This document shows, one piece after another, positions 32,360 to 43,867 of a DNA stretch of 64,000 nt. The DNA is taken from the IMG/VR virus record IMGVR_UViG_3300033121_001553, positions 122,820 through 186,819 of that record; one strand, given 5' to 3'. The position numbers and the translations under genes are program-made. Within the stretch, counting starts at the first letter, position 1. Each line of letters starts with the position of its first letter. Below the pieces are notes generated by a model that saw only the letters and a program-made list of their open reading frames with translations, was not told where the DNA came from and did not search any database. The DNA is from a virus (lineage: Duplodnaviria; Caudoviricetes).

Positions 32360-33119
32360 AGTACTACCAACGCTAAAGTCGCACATCTCATTCAGCGAAA
32401 TGAGAGAGTGGAATGAGTGTCCGCACAGACATTACATTTCTCAAGTGAAAAAACTCATGCCACCTCAAAATTCTGAGGAGCTTGTAGTTGGTAAACTCAT
32501 ACATGCTGCGATTGAAAATAAGTTTACGAATGGTACTAAGTCGATCTCAGAGCTTGTTCAAGAGTGCATTGAGTTGAACAAAGAATACGAGCTAGACTAC
32601 ATAACGCTTACAGAGTCTTGCGAAAAAGCGACAACGTCTGCTTACAACTGCATAGCGGAAAAAATAAAGAATTTTCGTGTTCACTCTGTTGAAGAACAGT
32701 TGTATGAAATAATTGATGATGAAAAATACAATGATGTAGCATTCAACGGTTACATTGACGCTGTATTTTACGATGTTGATAACGATGTGTATTGGATAGT
32801 AGACTGGAAAACAACTCGTAGTGGCTGGAATTCGTACAAACGACTTGACGAAAAAACACATGCGCAGCTTGTCTACTACAGAAATTACTGGTCAAAAAAG
32901 CACAACGTGCCAGAGCATAAAGTACGTTGTGCTTTTGTGTTGCTATCAAAGTCTGGTTGGACAACAGAATTTTTCGAGATACAGATGTCCGTACCAAAAA
33001 CAGAACGCTGTCTATCAATGCTTAGAAGCACTGTTAATGGTATATCACGTGGGCTTGTTTTCAAAAACAAGCATTCATGTACTTATTGCCCAATACGTTG
33101 GACAGAACTCTGCCCTTAA
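32328..33119 (+). CDS. PD-(D/E)XK exonuclease, Cas4/RecB-like
   Basis: SFS..ECP, GKLIH, GYID..IVDWKT, QL..Y, CTYC..C (Fe-S staple pattern). Confidence 0.88.
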   Translation: MQQQTTEKKLRVLPTLKSHISFSEMREWNECPHRHYISQVKKLMPPQNSEELVVGKLIHAAIENKFTNGTKSISELVQECIELNKEYELDYITLTESCEKATTSAYNCIAEKIKNFRVHSVEEQLYEIIDDEKYNDVAFNGYIDAVFYDVDNDVYWIVDWKTTRSGWNSYKRLDEKTHAQLVYYRNYWSKKHNVPEHKVRCAFVLLSKSGWTTEFFEIQMSVPKTERCLSMLRSTVNGISRGLVFKNKHSCTYCPIRWTELCP

Positions 33120-33162
33120 ATATCTTTGTACATTTGCTGCGCTTGCATTAAAAAGTAGATAA

Positions 33163-34428
33163 ATGCTACTCAAGCCAGCAACGCAGCAACAGAAGTACAA
33201 GATAATGATGCTATCAGACCACCCGCTTTCTGTAAGCGGTGTTGGATGTCAAGCACGTTATCTGTCGATGGGACTAATCAATACAGGAAAGTACACATTT
33301 CGTTGTCTTGGCGGCGCAATTAAGCATGAAAATTACGAAGTTGTAGCGCCGCATCCAGATATGATTATTAAGCCAGTCGATGGATTTGGTACTCGCGAGA
33401 TGCTACGTGTCTTTCTTGCGACTGAGAAACCTGACGCGGTTCTGCTTTTTACAGATCCGCGTTTTTTTATTTGGGTTTGGGAGATGGAAGACGAAGTGCA
33501 CCAAGTCTGCCCGATAGTCTATAACCATCTCTGGGATAACTATCCGTGGCCAGACTTCAATAGAGTGCTCTATGAGTCTACTGACTTGCTGAACTGTATA
33601 AATTGGCCGACGTATCAAATGTTGAAGGAGCGCTTTCCAGAGAAAACGCATTACGCGCCGCATGCGCTACCAACAGAGATATTTCACACTATTCCAGATG
33701 AAGATGCTGCAGCTGTGCGTGATAGAATACTGAACGGGAAGAAAACAGAATTTCTGCTTACATGGGTTAGCAGAAACGCAAGAAGAAAACTTCCGTCGGA
33801 TGTTATCGCATCTTGGAAACTATTTCTCGACGATCTTGAGTCAAAATACGGTCATAGAAACGCAAAGCTTCTTATGCATACCGATCCGTACGATCAGGAA
33901 GGACCGAACCTTATTCATGTCGCTGGTATGCTAGGTGTTAATGACTCTGTTATTTTTTCAACAGAGAAAGCTTCATTTCAAGACATGAATGCGTTGTATA
34001 ACGCATCAGATGCTTGCATCAATATTTCAAACGCAGAAGGATTCGGTCTTGGCATACTTGAGTCTCTGTATACTGGAACGCCGGTCATCGCTATCAAAAC
34101 TGGCGGGCTAACACGACAAGTTGTAAATCCATACGATGGATTCATAAATGGCGTTGCACTAGAACCAGAAGTAAAGTCGCTAGTAGGCTCTCAGCTTGTG
34201 CCGTACATCTACGAAGACTACGTAAGTCATCGCTCTGTTGCTAACGGCATCATGCAGATGTACGAGTACGGTCCTGAAAAACGAAAAGAGATCGGTAAGC
34301 GTGCAAAAGAATACGTCCTATCAGAGTACAGCATGAACAGACTCATAGAAACTTGGGACACGACGCTAGAAAATACAATACTAAATTGGCGAGCGAACAG
34401 CAAGCGTTGGGAGATGATTAAGCTATGA
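33163..34428 (+). CDS. glycosyltransferase family 4
   Basis: SGVG, RNARRK, EGFGLGILESL..GTPVI. Confidence 0.9.
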   Translation: MLLKPATQQQKYKIMMLSDHPLSVSGVGCQARYLSMGLINTGKYTFRCLGGAIKHENYEVVAPHPDMIIKPVDGFGTREMLRVFLATEKPDAVLLFTDPRFFIWVWEMEDEVHQVCPIVYNHLWDNYPWPDFNRVLYESTDLLNCINWPTYQMLKERFPEKTHYAPHALPTEIFHTIPDEDAAAVRDRILNGKKTEFLLTWVSRNARRKLPSDVIASWKLFLDDLESKYGHRNAKLLMHTDPYDQEGPNLIHVAGMLGVNDSVIFSTEKASFQDMNALYNASDACINISNAEGFGLGILESLYTGTPVIAIKTGGLTRQVVNPYDGFINGVALEPEVKSLVGSQLVPYIYEDYVSHRSVANGIMQMYEYGPEKRKEIGKRAKEYVLSEYSMNRLIETWDTTLENTILNWRANSKRWEMIKL

Positions 34429-35600
34429 AAAAGATATTGCTCAGAGGTCCGTTTCTAACACAGAGCGGGTACGGTGTTCATGCGCGTCAAATTTTCAAGT
34501 GGGTTAAGTCACTTGGCGTAAATTTTGATGTTCAAGTGCTACCATGGGGCGACACAAGCTGGTACACAAATCCGTCAGAGCTCGATGGCATGATCGGCGA
34601 GATAATGATGAAAACAAAGCCGATAGAAGGTCAGTACGATGTATCCATACAGCTACAGCTACCAAATGAGTGGGACACAAAACTAGCAAAATTCAATGTA
34701 GGTGTAACTGCTGCTGTTGAAACAGACAAATGCAATCCACGTTGGATAGAGTGCTGTAATGCTATGGATGTTGTTGTTGTTCCATCGAAATTCACAAAAA
34801 ACGTTATAATGAACACAGCAACGGCGTTCGGACTGAAGGTACGTGAGCCTCACGTCGTTGGCGAAACATTTAACGAAGCAGCGTATCACAGCAATTACGA
34901 TACAGGCATCGACTTTCAAACAACATGTAACTTTCTCATATTTGGTCAGCTAGTGGCTAGAGATGATGACATGGATCGTAAAAATGTTCTAAGAGCGATA
35001 AAGCTTCTGTCAACAACATTCAGCGATGATCCAGACGTTGGTATCGTTATAAAAACAAACTCTGGACGTAACTCTTTGATCGATCGAAAAGTGACAATTG
35101 GCTCGCTAAAAACCGTACTAGATAAGATACCGCATCCAAGACCGCCTGTCTATCTGCTACACGGAAATATGTCTGATGAAGAAGTGTATAGTCTCTACAA
35201 GTCAAATAAACTAACAGCGCTTGTAGCGCCAACTAAAGGTGAAGGTTTCGGATTGCCGATACTAGAAGCAGCAGCATGTAATCTACCTGTTATCGCGACA
35301 AATTGGTCTGGTCATCTTGATTTCCTTGAAAGCGGAAAATTTAGTCCAATTGCATACAAGCTAAAGCAAATAGCTCCACAGCGAGTTGACAACAACATAT
35401 TCATGACTGGAACACGTTGGGCTGATATCGACAACGATGACTTTGTTAAACGTGTTAAGCGCATTCGTGCAAATAGCGCTGAGGCTCGAAGCAATGCACT
35501 CGCGCTCGGAGAAAACGTTAGAAAGAAATTCTCAGAGCATGCTATCTTTACGCAGTGGAGCAGCGCAGTCGGTTACGCTCTTGCTGATTCTGCGAAATGA
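34425..35600 (+). CDS. glycosyltransferase family 4
   Basis: SGYG, RKN, GEGFGLPILEAAACNLPVIATNWSGHLDF. Confidence 0.9.
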   Translation: MKKILLRGPFLTQSGYGVHARQIFKWVKSLGVNFDVQVLPWGDTSWYTNPSELDGMIGEIMMKTKPIEGQYDVSIQLQLPNEWDTKLAKFNVGVTAAVETDKCNPRWIECCNAMDVVVVPSKFTKNVIMNTATAFGLKVREPHVVGETFNEAAYHSNYDTGIDFQTTCNFLIFGQLVARDDDMDRKNVLRAIKLLSTTFSDDPDVGIVIKTNSGRNSLIDRKVTIGSLKTVLDKIPHPRPPVYLLHGNMSDEEVYSLYKSNKLTALVAPTKGEGFGLPILEAAACNLPVIATNWSGHLDFLESGKFSPIAYKLKQIAPQRVDNNIFMTGTRWADIDNDDFVKRVKRIRANSAEARSNALALGENVRKKFSEHAIFTQWSSAVGYALADSAK

Positions 35601-35902
35601 TTTACGTATTTATCGCTCTACTTGTGATATTCGCCGTATGGGCATGCATTGCGAGTTATTTTTGTTACAAATTTGCAAAAAAGATATTTGAATTTGAAAC
35701 AGCGTTTGAAAATGCAATCGATATGATCGATGCAAGTGTATTGAAAATACAAGCGCTGTCTTCAAGACACGTGCTTTTTGATGACTACGTCACACGAGAA
35801 GTTGTGCATGAAATAGCAGAAACGCAAAAATCGCTTATCGTGATAGCACGCTCTCTAACTACTATTAATGAAACGAGAAACGATGAGCGAGAAACGAAAT
35901 AA
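35597..35902 (+). CDS. membrane-anchored hypothetical protein
   Basis: N-terminal TM helix followed by a helical domain. Confidence 0.7.
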   Translation: MIYVFIALLVIFAVWACIASYFCYKFAKKIFEFETAFENAIDMIDASVLKIQALSSRHVLFDDYVTREVVHEIAETQKSLIVIARSLTTINETRNDERETK

Positions 35903-36611
35903 AAAGATAGTAAGACGTAAGAGTACCGATCCAAACAAGTACTACTTTACGAAAGATACGCATGCTGCTGTTGTTGAATTCAAAGAATGTGATATCAACG
36001 ACAAGAAGAGACGTAATCAAATTTACGTTGAGCGTATCAAACCAGCATTCGATAAGATCGCTGAAAATCTTATTAACATACACAAATTTACTGGTGCTTA
36101 TATAACTCACGAAGAGTTGCAAGCCGGGTGTACTAATCATCTATTCGAAGCAATCTCGAAATTCAATCCAGAAAAATGTACGAATGCGTTCAGTTACTTT
36201 AATGTTGTTGCGAAGCGTTGGCTAATCATCCAAACAAGAAATAGCAGTAAAGTACGCAGAGATGTAGCAATCGATGACTACGAAAGACTTGTTACGAAAG
36301 ATCGTAATAGCATCGAAGAAAAAAATACTATTCTTACACCAGAGCAAGAAATAAGAAAAAAGACATCTATTAATGATGTGACATTGCTTCTAGAAGAGAT
36401 GAAAAAACTCGCTGTCTCAGAAGATGAGATCAAATGCATCGAATCAATAAAGCTTTTGATCGATGCTCAAGGTGAACTAGATCTGCAGAACAGAGCGGCT
36501 GCTGTTATATACATACGTGAGCTTATGGGCGTAAACCATAAAAACGCATTGTTTGTGATTTCAAAACTAAAGCATACGTATAGAAAGCTTAGGGACGATA
36601 TTCTATGCTAA
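35883..36611 (+). CDS. late-transcription sigma factor (T4 gp55-like)
   Basis: YYFT..KIAENL..KFNPEK..AFSYF.VVAKR region-2-like motif; precedes the baseplate module. Confidence 0.75.
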   Translation: MSEKRNKKIVRRKSTDPNKYYFTKDTHAAVVEFKECDINDKKRRNQIYVERIKPAFDKIAENLINIHKFTGAYITHEELQAGCTNHLFEAISKFNPEKCTNAFSYFNVVAKRWLIIQTRNSSKVRRDVAIDDYERLVTKDRNSIEEKNTILTPEQEIRKKTSINDVTLLLEEMKKLAVSEDEIKCIESIKLLIDAQGELDLQNRAAAVIYIRELMGVNHKNALFVISKLKHTYRKLRDDILC

Positions 36612-36949
36612 ACGAAGAACAGATAACAGAACAGACGAAATCATTTGAAAAACTTCTCGAGGGCATCGAATCAATAAACGATAGAAAACGTCAGCTGTGG
36701 GTTGAAATATATAAGAATGCGCTTCAAGACAGAGTGAACGCATACGCAATGTACGTGCAACTTGCAAAAATAGTACGCGATGACTCACCAGAGCACGCAG
36801 TGCACGGTCAGAATATCGCAAGGTACATTGAACGTATGAGCAGAGCAAACGATCAGCTGACAAAACTCGCAGAGCTAATCGCAGAAGCAGAGAAAAAGTC
36901 AGAAGACATCGACGTTAGCCAGATATACAAGGATATGACGGACGACTTA
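36605..36949 (+). CDS. conserved hypothetical protein
   Basis: Helical ORF; TTA 36947-36949 overlaps the next ATG (standard TAG 36970). Confidence 0.72.
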
Positions 36950-38391
36950 TGTCAAGCCAACACGATATAGCAAGGCAGCTTGCAGAAGGTGTACCATACA
37001 GCGAAATTATCTCTCGTTTGACGAGAGATATTGCTGTTGGTGCTGTTCAAACGGCTTCTTTCACTCTCATAGAGCGTTACGTCGTACTTGAAGTTTTTTC
37101 AAATGCGAAGATGCTAACAGAGGAGAAATTCGATGAACTTGCAAAGCTATACGGCGTAAATGCTCCATCAGAAGACTTGCTTTATTACCCTCATGGGACA
37201 ATACTAGCCCAAAAAATAAATGATGGGTCGGCTGGACTACCAATACCTACTTTCATTTATCCATTTTTTCCACCTCATCTACAGTTCCCAATAAACTCTG
37301 GTGAACATGTCTGGGTGCTACGTGAAGCTTACGGTGCTGGATCAACGCCCAAGTGCTATTATCTTTTTCGTGTGAATGAACCACGTCACACAGACGATCT
37401 GAATCACACGCACGCTCCAAGAGCGTATAGTGAAAGAAGTACACCTGAAAAATCCAGCCAAGCGGGAGACGGCGAACCAAAGTATGACTATGCGAACGGA
37501 GCAAGTTCTGATGATGATGAGGGTGGCGTTTACACAGACTCAGCAACTTCTCCATTGCTTATCAATCAAGACTCATCAATAACACCAGATAGAGCGTACG
37601 AACATCTTGTAACTGAGTCTGACACAGCGAAGCAGACAACTTACGAAGCCGTGCCACGTTACAAAAAACGTCCAGGCGAATTTGCAATTCAAGGCTCGAA
37701 CAATACGCTTATCTCGCTTGGTACATTTAGAGATGATGGTTCACTTGAGATACCCGCAGATAGCTTTAATCAAAAGAAGGGTACAATCGATATTGTCGTT
37801 GGTAGAGGTAGAGGAGCAAAAACAGCTGCGAAAGTCGTTAAGACAAAGTCTCTAGACGATGCAGAACTGTACGATGAAATTAATAAATCGTACGCTGCTG
37901 AGAACGACAAAGAAGGTGATCCTGACTACGCAACTGATGCTGGTAGAATTATACTAACGATTGATGGTGATGTTGACAATTCATTTGGAATCAAAGATGA
38001 TGTAAAAAGCAATGGTGCATCGAACAGCAGCGGTCCGTCAATAGTCGTAAAGTCAGATCATCTTAGATACGTTGCAAGAAAATCACTATCAATAGTTATC
38101 ACTGGTACGAAGCAAGAAAACGGAGTTGAGTCAGACGCTACTAGCTATGATGACAAGATCGTACTAACTTTTGATGCTGAAACTGGCGATATTATTATGA
38201 AGCCTGCTAAAAAAGGCGTGATAAAGCTCGGTGGACCAAACGCAAACAAAGCTATCGCATGCACGTCTGAGCCCGCTGTAAACGCCGATGGACAGGTCAC
38301 TGCGCCTCCAATGATTTCAACAATGGCTGGTGCTACATGCACAGGTATTCCAGGTCAGGGAACATGGGCAAAAAAGATTCTTGTAGAATGA
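36949..38391 (+). CDS. baseplate hub/central spike protein (gp5/VgrG-like)
   Basis: FPINSGEHVWV OB-like region, IQGSNNTLISLG, IVVKSDHLR, IKLGG; position before the gp25-like gene. Confidence 0.62.
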   Translation: MSSQHDIARQLAEGVPYSEIISRLTRDIAVGAVQTASFTLIERYVVLEVFSNAKMLTEEKFDELAKLYGVNAPSEDLLYYPHGTILAQKINDGSAGLPIPTFIYPFFPPHLQFPINSGEHVWVLREAYGAGSTPKCYYLFRVNEPRHTDDLNHTHAPRAYSERSTPEKSSQAGDGEPKYDYANGASSDDDEGGVYTDSATSPLLINQDSSITPDRAYEHLVTESDTAKQTTYEAVPRYKKRPGEFAIQGSNNTLISLGTFRDDGSLEIPADSFNQKKGTIDIVVGRGRGAKTAAKVVKTKSLDDAELYDEINKSYAAENDKEGDPDYATDAGRIILTIDGDVDNSFGIKDDVKSNGASNSSGPSIVVKSDHLRYVARKSLSIVITGTKQENGVESDATSYDDKIVLTFDAETGDIIMKPAKKGVIKLGGPNANKAIACTSEPAVNADGQVTAPPMISTMAGATCTGIPGQGTWAKKILVE

Positions 38392-38406
38392 ATATAATAA
38401 TGCCCT

Positions 38407-40062
38407 ATGGGCGCAACGCAAGCAATCGGCATACTTGACGCAAACGAGAAGCTAGCTGAGAAAGCATGGCTTAATTTCGTTCAAGAAGTCAAAGATGAGC
38501 TTAAGGGGATCGATACTGGTATTTTGCCATGTAACGATCCCCTTATTACTGTTCCATACGCTGACTTGATGGATCTTGAAAATAAAGAAAAATTTCCAAC
38601 GTTCCATGAAATTTGGCGTAATCTTTACGAAGCAATCGCGAAAGCGTTGAACGTAGATAACAACTTCAGCATCGCTCCAATCTTTGATCCTCTAGCTGTG
38701 ATATGTCAGCTCAAAATACCGCTGCCAGACATTGAGTTCGGGCTTTTTCTACCATCGCCAGACTTTCTAATACAGCTTGATATACCACCAATCGATATAC
38801 CGCTGAAACTACTTGAACTTCCGATAAAGATTCCACCTGAGCTTCCGTCTTTTAACTTCAAGCTTCCAGACATAAGCCTTGATCTAATTTTCAATCTTAA
38901 GCTTGACTTGCCGAATCTCGGCAAGATGTTTCTCGATCTTGCGCTTGCGCTTCCAAAACTGCTGCTCGATCTTGTGCTAAAGGTTCTTCTCATACTACCG
39001 AAGCTGCCTGACGTTGGAGCATTTTTTTGTGCGATATACAAAGAAATAAAAGACTCGTTGTTTAGTGCTCTTCAAGTCGATATTCTTAAAAATTTCGTTC
39101 ACGCTGCTGCGCTTAAAGTCATGATCAAAAAGATAGCTGAAATGCTTTCTGCTGCCATGATCTCTCTTACTGTTGGCGCTGCATCATGCTTCGATGCAGA
39201 TGGTAACCCAACACCGGCTGGTATCGCCGGTCTTCTTGGTACGGCATACGGTTATTTTCCACCAAAACAGAAAAAGTCAGGTGGCGGTGGAAGCAAGCCA
39301 GATCGCATGAAAAAAGCTGCCAACGACTCTGTTGGCTCATCTTACGCTATCACGTCTGTCAAGATAACGAAGCAAGACGGCAGCGAAGAAACTGTCAACG
39401 ATGGAACATCAAGAAAAAAATACGTTGACTTTCTTTTTGCGAAGGATGAGCAAAGTGATAAAATAAAATTTGGTGAGTCTGTGCCATCCACAGGTCCGTT
39501 TATTGCAGCGCTTCTTAGAGCAGGTGAAAGCAAGGAAAGCATTGCTGTTGATCCTTACGCTACAGTGATAAGCAAGTTTACGCAACCCGATAAAACAGAG
39601 CAGTTTATCGTCAGCACGATTGAGCTTGCAAAAAAGCACGGTGTTCTGCTTGTTGAAGAAGGCGCTGGTGAAATTGACGCAAGCGGATATGATTCGAAAT
39701 GCGTTGTTGTGCTCGCAAAGCTTGATGACGGTAGCAACAGAGCGTTTGTTCCAACGAAGCTGTTGCTCTCTGAGAAGACACAAACGCCGCAGCAAGATGC
39801 AGAAAACAAATATGTATGGTATTACGGCGCTGAAGCTGGCGTAAAAAAAGATAACAACAATATGATTTCATCTGCTATCTACGCAATATCAAAAACAGGC
39901 GAAATACAGATATGGAAGCGTTCCGGTGGTGCTGCAGATCAGTCAAGCGAAGTATCCGTTGCAGGTGACAATGGGCAGCAAGATCCGAACAAAAACGTTT
40001 ACGGAAACGCAAGCGTACGTGCTATCATAGACTTGGGAGCGCTTGCTGAGAAAACGTCATGA
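38407..40062 (+). CDS. baseplate-region protein with Pro/Leu-rich stretch
   Basis: 551-aa ORF between spike-like and gp25-like genes. Confidence 0.6.
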   Translation: MGATQAIGILDANEKLAEKAWLNFVQEVKDELKGIDTGILPCNDPLITVPYADLMDLENKEKFPTFHEIWRNLYEAIAKALNVDNNFSIAPIFDPLAVICQLKIPLPDIEFGLFLPSPDFLIQLDIPPIDIPLKLLELPIKIPPELPSFNFKLPDISLDLIFNLKLDLPNLGKMFLDLALALPKLLLDLVLKVLLILPKLPDVGAFFCAIYKEIKDSLFSALQVDILKNFVHAAALKVMIKKIAEMLSAAMISLTVGAASCFDADGNPTPAGIAGLLGTAYGYFPPKQKKSGGGGSKPDRMKKAANDSVGSSYAITSVKITKQDGSEETVNDGTSRKKYVDFLFAKDEQSDKIKFGESVPSTGPFIAALLRAGESKESIAVDPYATVISKFTQPDKTEQFIVSTIELAKKHGVLLVEEGAGEIDASGYDSKCVVVLAKLDDGSNRAFVPTKLLLSEKTQTPQQDAENKYVWYYGAEAGVKKDNNNMISSAIYAISKTGEIQIWKRSGGAADQSSEVSVAGDNGQQDPNKNVYGNASVRAIIDLGALAEKTS

Positions 40063-40526
40063 CTATAAACTTCAAAAATGTTGGTAAGCTTAAGTCGCAA
40101 CAGCTGCAGGAGAACGTAAGCGGTAGCGTAAATTTCTTTGGCATCAAAACGCCGCTGCGATACGGTGGTGAAAACGATGGTATATTTGCACTGCACACAA
40201 ACCTAGCAGACTTCTCAGCAGATAATCTTAGAAACTTGATTCAAACGAATCACGGAGATAGAGTCATCTTGTACAACTATGGCGCAAATCTGCAGCCACT
40301 GATATCTGAATTTACGAATCTTCAAAGTTTTGATGACGAAGCTGTAGTTAGAATCAAGAACGCAGTCGCAGCGTGGATGCCGTTTGTTGAGCTTGATACG
40401 TATGAGTCAAGAGTCGATCGTGAAGACAACAAAACTACAGCGAAACTAATCATTACGATATCATTTAGCGTTCCATCAGTAGAAGTTTTCAACAGAAAAC
40501 TTGATGTTACGTTCTACATAATTTGA
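40059..40526 (+). CDS. baseplate wedge subunit, gp25-like
   Basis: NLRNLIQTNHGDRV..YGANL..IKNAVAAWMPFV. Confidence 0.88.
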   Translation: MTINFKNVGKLKSQQLQENVSGSVNFFGIKTPLRYGGENDGIFALHTNLADFSADNLRNLIQTNHGDRVILYNYGANLQPLISEFTNLQSFDDEAVVRIKNAVAAWMPFVELDTYESRVDREDNKTTAKLIITISFSVPSVEVFNRKLDVTFYII

Positions 40527-40535
40527 GCGGGCGAT

Positions 40536-42365
40536 ATGGCAAAGTCGATCAAACAAGTCAGAGCAAGAAAATTCGTTGGTAAAGATTTCGATTCGCTCAA
40601 ATCATCACTAAACGAGTATTGGAAAACGTATTACGACACAACGTTGAAAGATAGATCTGAGAACGGTGTCGGTGGGCTATTTCTCGATCTAGCATCTTAC
40701 GTTGGCGATAATTTGATGTTCTATCTAGATCATCAATACAACGAACTAGATCCAGAGACTGCAGTCGAAACAAAAAGTATCGAACGTATGCTAAAAACAG
40801 CTGGCGTTCCTATACAGGGCGCAAGCCCAGCCATAGTCGAAGAAACATTCAGCTGCGTTGTACCAGCAACGTACACTAACGGTCAGTACTCGCCAAGAGA
40901 AGATGCGCTTGGAATCATAGAAAGCGGTACAATCGTAAAAAGCGACTCAGGAATAAATTTTGTACTTGCAGAAGATATTGATTTTCGTGAAGTTACAGAC
41001 GATGGTAAGCTGAAGGCTTCAGTAAGGATAGGACAAACAAATTCTGATGGCACACCAAAGAATTTCGTTGTCTCACGTAAGTCAGTAATGCTCTCAGGTC
41101 AGATAACGTCTGAGGAGGTAACTGTTGGATCGACATTTGTGCCGTTTAGACGTATATCGCTTGTAGAGAAAGATATTACTGAAATCGTTAGCGTAACAGA
41201 TGCGCTTGGAAACAAGTACTACGAAGTCGGACATCTAACGCAAGATGTCGTGTTTAGAGCAATGCCGAACGTGTCATCTGACAGCGAGCAGGTAAAGGAT
41301 GCGCTAAAGATTGTACCAGCTCCGTACAGATTTACAAAAACTGTTGATCTATCAACGCGTGTAACTACTTTGATCTTTGGTGGTGGAGAAGCTGGTACGC
41401 TTGAAGATGATGTTATACCCGATCCAAGCGAATTTGCGCTTGCGCTGCCGTACAGAAGAAATTTTACACGCACAAGTATTGATCCGCAAAGCTTGCTACA
41501 AACAAAAACTCTTGGTGTTGCTGCGCTTAATACGACTCTAACGATAACGTACAGATACGGTGGCGGTCTTAACCACAACTCTGAAGCTGGTACTGTAAGA
41601 TCAGTGTCACAGCTTAGAATGAATTTCCCGCGTAATCCACCATTCAGCGTTGCAGCGCTCGTTCGTTCAAGCGTAGAAGCAACAAATGAACGTAAGGCAG
41701 ACGGTGGCGAAGATCAGCTTACGATAGAAGAACTAAGAGCACTGATACCAGCCTACAAAAATTCGCAGAATCGCGTTGTCATACGAGAGGATTTGCTTGC
41801 GAGAATCTACACGCTGCCATCTAACTTTGGAAGAGTTTTTAGAGCAAGCGTTCATTCAAATCCCACGAATCCTCTAGCAACGCAACTGTACATCATCTCG
41901 AGAAATGGTAGCAATCTAACTGTATCACCAGATACGTTGAAAAAGAATATTAGAACGTATATCAATCCGTACAGAATGATGGTTGACGCAATAGACATAC
42001 TTGATGCAAGCGTTATAAACATTAGAGTTGTATTCGAAGTTGTTGTAGATTCATCGTTGAATCGTCAGCTTGTCGTGCAAGATGTTATAAAAACGATAAA
42101 AGATAACTTCCAGATCAAAAACTTCACCATCGATCAACCAATAATACTGTCAGATCTTGTAACAAGAATTGGGCTTATGGATGGTATCGTATCGATAAAG
42201 AAGCTTGCAATTGAAAACGTTTCTGGTTTCTACGATGGGCGTCAATACTCTAACGTTATGTTCGACGTAGATGCATACGAAAAAAATGGTATCATATCGC
42301 CACCAGCTGGCGGCATATTCGAGCTAAAGTATCCTAACTTCGACATTGTCGGAAGGGCAGTGTTA
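40536..42365 (+). CDS. baseplate wedge protein, gp6/BppJ-like
   Basis: KDFDSLK..DLASYVGD..FYLD, GGEDQ, QNRVV..ED; ends FELKYPNFDIVGRAV-TTA (standard end 42395). Confidence 0.88.
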
Positions 42366-42366
42366 A

Positions 42367-43863
42367 ATGCAGATACATCTTACAGCAAGCGCTGATACAT
42401 ACATTACCAATCGATACATCTCTTCTTTTCTAGCAACTGGTTCAAACGTTGGACGAGCTGGTACGCTTGACTTGTTCAAACTTTACGGCGTCAAGATGAG
42501 CGGTTCGACGCCTCTAACAGAGCTTAGCAGACTACTGGTAAAATTCGATCTAGCGCCATTGCGTACTGCTGTATCAGAAGGTCGCGTTTCTATAACTGAC
42601 TCTTCGTTTAAAGTATACATGCGTCTAAAAGACGTGTACGGTGGTCAACCGCCGCCAATGAATTTTACTGCTATCGTTATGCCATGCTCACGTAGCTGGG
42701 AAGAAGGGCTTGGAAAAGACGTAACGAGGTATCAAGATCTACACGCTGCGAACTGGGTAACTGCTGCGCTAAATCCACTTGGACTGTGGAATACAACTGG
42801 AGCAAACTCTGTCGGTCTACTCGGTTCGTCTAATATAGACGTCATTGGTAGCGCTTCGTTCGGTGCGGGCATCGTAAGTACAACGTATAGCCAATCATTC
42901 GCAGAAGGCACCGAAGATCTTTATATAGACGTAACTTCAGCTGTGTCAGCAACCATTGCGTCCCAGCTCCCAGACTACGGTTTTAGAATCAGTTTTTCAT
43001 CTGCAGAAGAGACTGACGGTTACACAAGATTCGTAAAACGCTTTGCATCTCGTCATTCATTTAACGAAGCGCTGCAGCCACGCCTTATCGTTAAGTACAG
43101 TGACTACATCAGAGACGACGGTATGCAACCGTACGTAGACACTTCTAACGTAATTTATCTACGAAATTACGTTAGAGGAAAGCTTGCTAATGTAATGTCT
43201 GGTAGCACAGCACTAACTGGCGCAAACTGTATTGCTTTCAAGCTAAGATTTCATTCGACTGGCGGCGTAACAAATTTCGCATACACAGGTAGTCAGCTAC
43301 AAACTGGCATCTACTACGTAACAGCGTCAGTTTCATCGTCAAATACGTATTTCAAAAATACTGTCGCTCAAAGCGGTACATTTGCTCCAACTCCGATATG
43401 GTCATCGCTCGATGGAACAGTACCGTACTACACTGGTAGCGCTCTCGTATTCTCATTTCCAAGCGCTGCTGGTGTAAGCATGGAAACGAGTAGAATACGC
43501 GTATCGTTCAGTGATCTTCCGTCTGAGGTCAAGCTCGGTGAAAATACGCGTGTTCGTGTATCGTTGATAGATGAGTCAAAGTCGATCGTATTTCTATCAC
43601 GTATACCAATAGAAGCGAAAAGCGTGCTATACGATGAAGTTTATTACGCAATCAGAGATGTTGTTACTAACGAAGTTGTTGTTGACTTTGACTTTACGAA
43701 TGGTTCGACAAGGCTATCTAATGACTGGATCAACTACTACTTTGATCTGTACACAACTGGTATGATACCAGGACACTCATACGCTATTGATATCGCAGTA
43801 AAGTGGTCTCAATCAACATCGTATTACAGAAGTTCATCACCGCTCTTCAGAATCGTAAAGTGA
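42367..43863 (+). CDS. baseplate/virion structural protein
   Basis: ADTYITN..SRLLVKFDL..SWEEGLG..PRLIV; RLSND..YFD; structural context. Confidence 0.7.
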   Translation: MQIHLTASADTYITNRYISSFLATGSNVGRAGTLDLFKLYGVKMSGSTPLTELSRLLVKFDLAPLRTAVSEGRVSITDSSFKVYMRLKDVYGGQPPPMNFTAIVMPCSRSWEEGLGKDVTRYQDLHAANWVTAALNPLGLWNTTGANSVGLLGSSNIDVIGSASFGAGIVSTTYSQSFAEGTEDLYIDVTSAVSATIASQLPDYGFRISFSSAEETDGYTRFVKRFASRHSFNEALQPRLIVKYSDYIRDDGMQPYVDTSNVIYLRNYVRGKLANVMSGSTALTGANCIAFKLRFHSTGGVTNFAYTGSQLQTGIYYVTASVSSSNTYFKNTVAQSGTFAPTPIWSSLDGTVPYYTGSALVFSFPSAAGVSMETSRIRVSFSDLPSEVKLGENTRVRVSLIDESKSIVFLSRIPIEAKSVLYDEVYYAIRDVVTNEVVVDFDFTNGSTRLSNDWINYYFDLYTTGMIPGHSYAIDIAVKWSQSTSYYRSSSPLFRIVK

Positions 43864-43867
43864 AAAG

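Noticed and set aside
32328-33119. CRISPR-Cas system
   Set aside because: Solo Cas4-like nuclease; no repeat-spacer array or other cas genes seen.
9990-42365. +1 frameshift into TAA at TTA-A as the explanation for TTA ends
   Set aside because: Only some cases are TTAA; many are TTAC, TTAT or TTAG.
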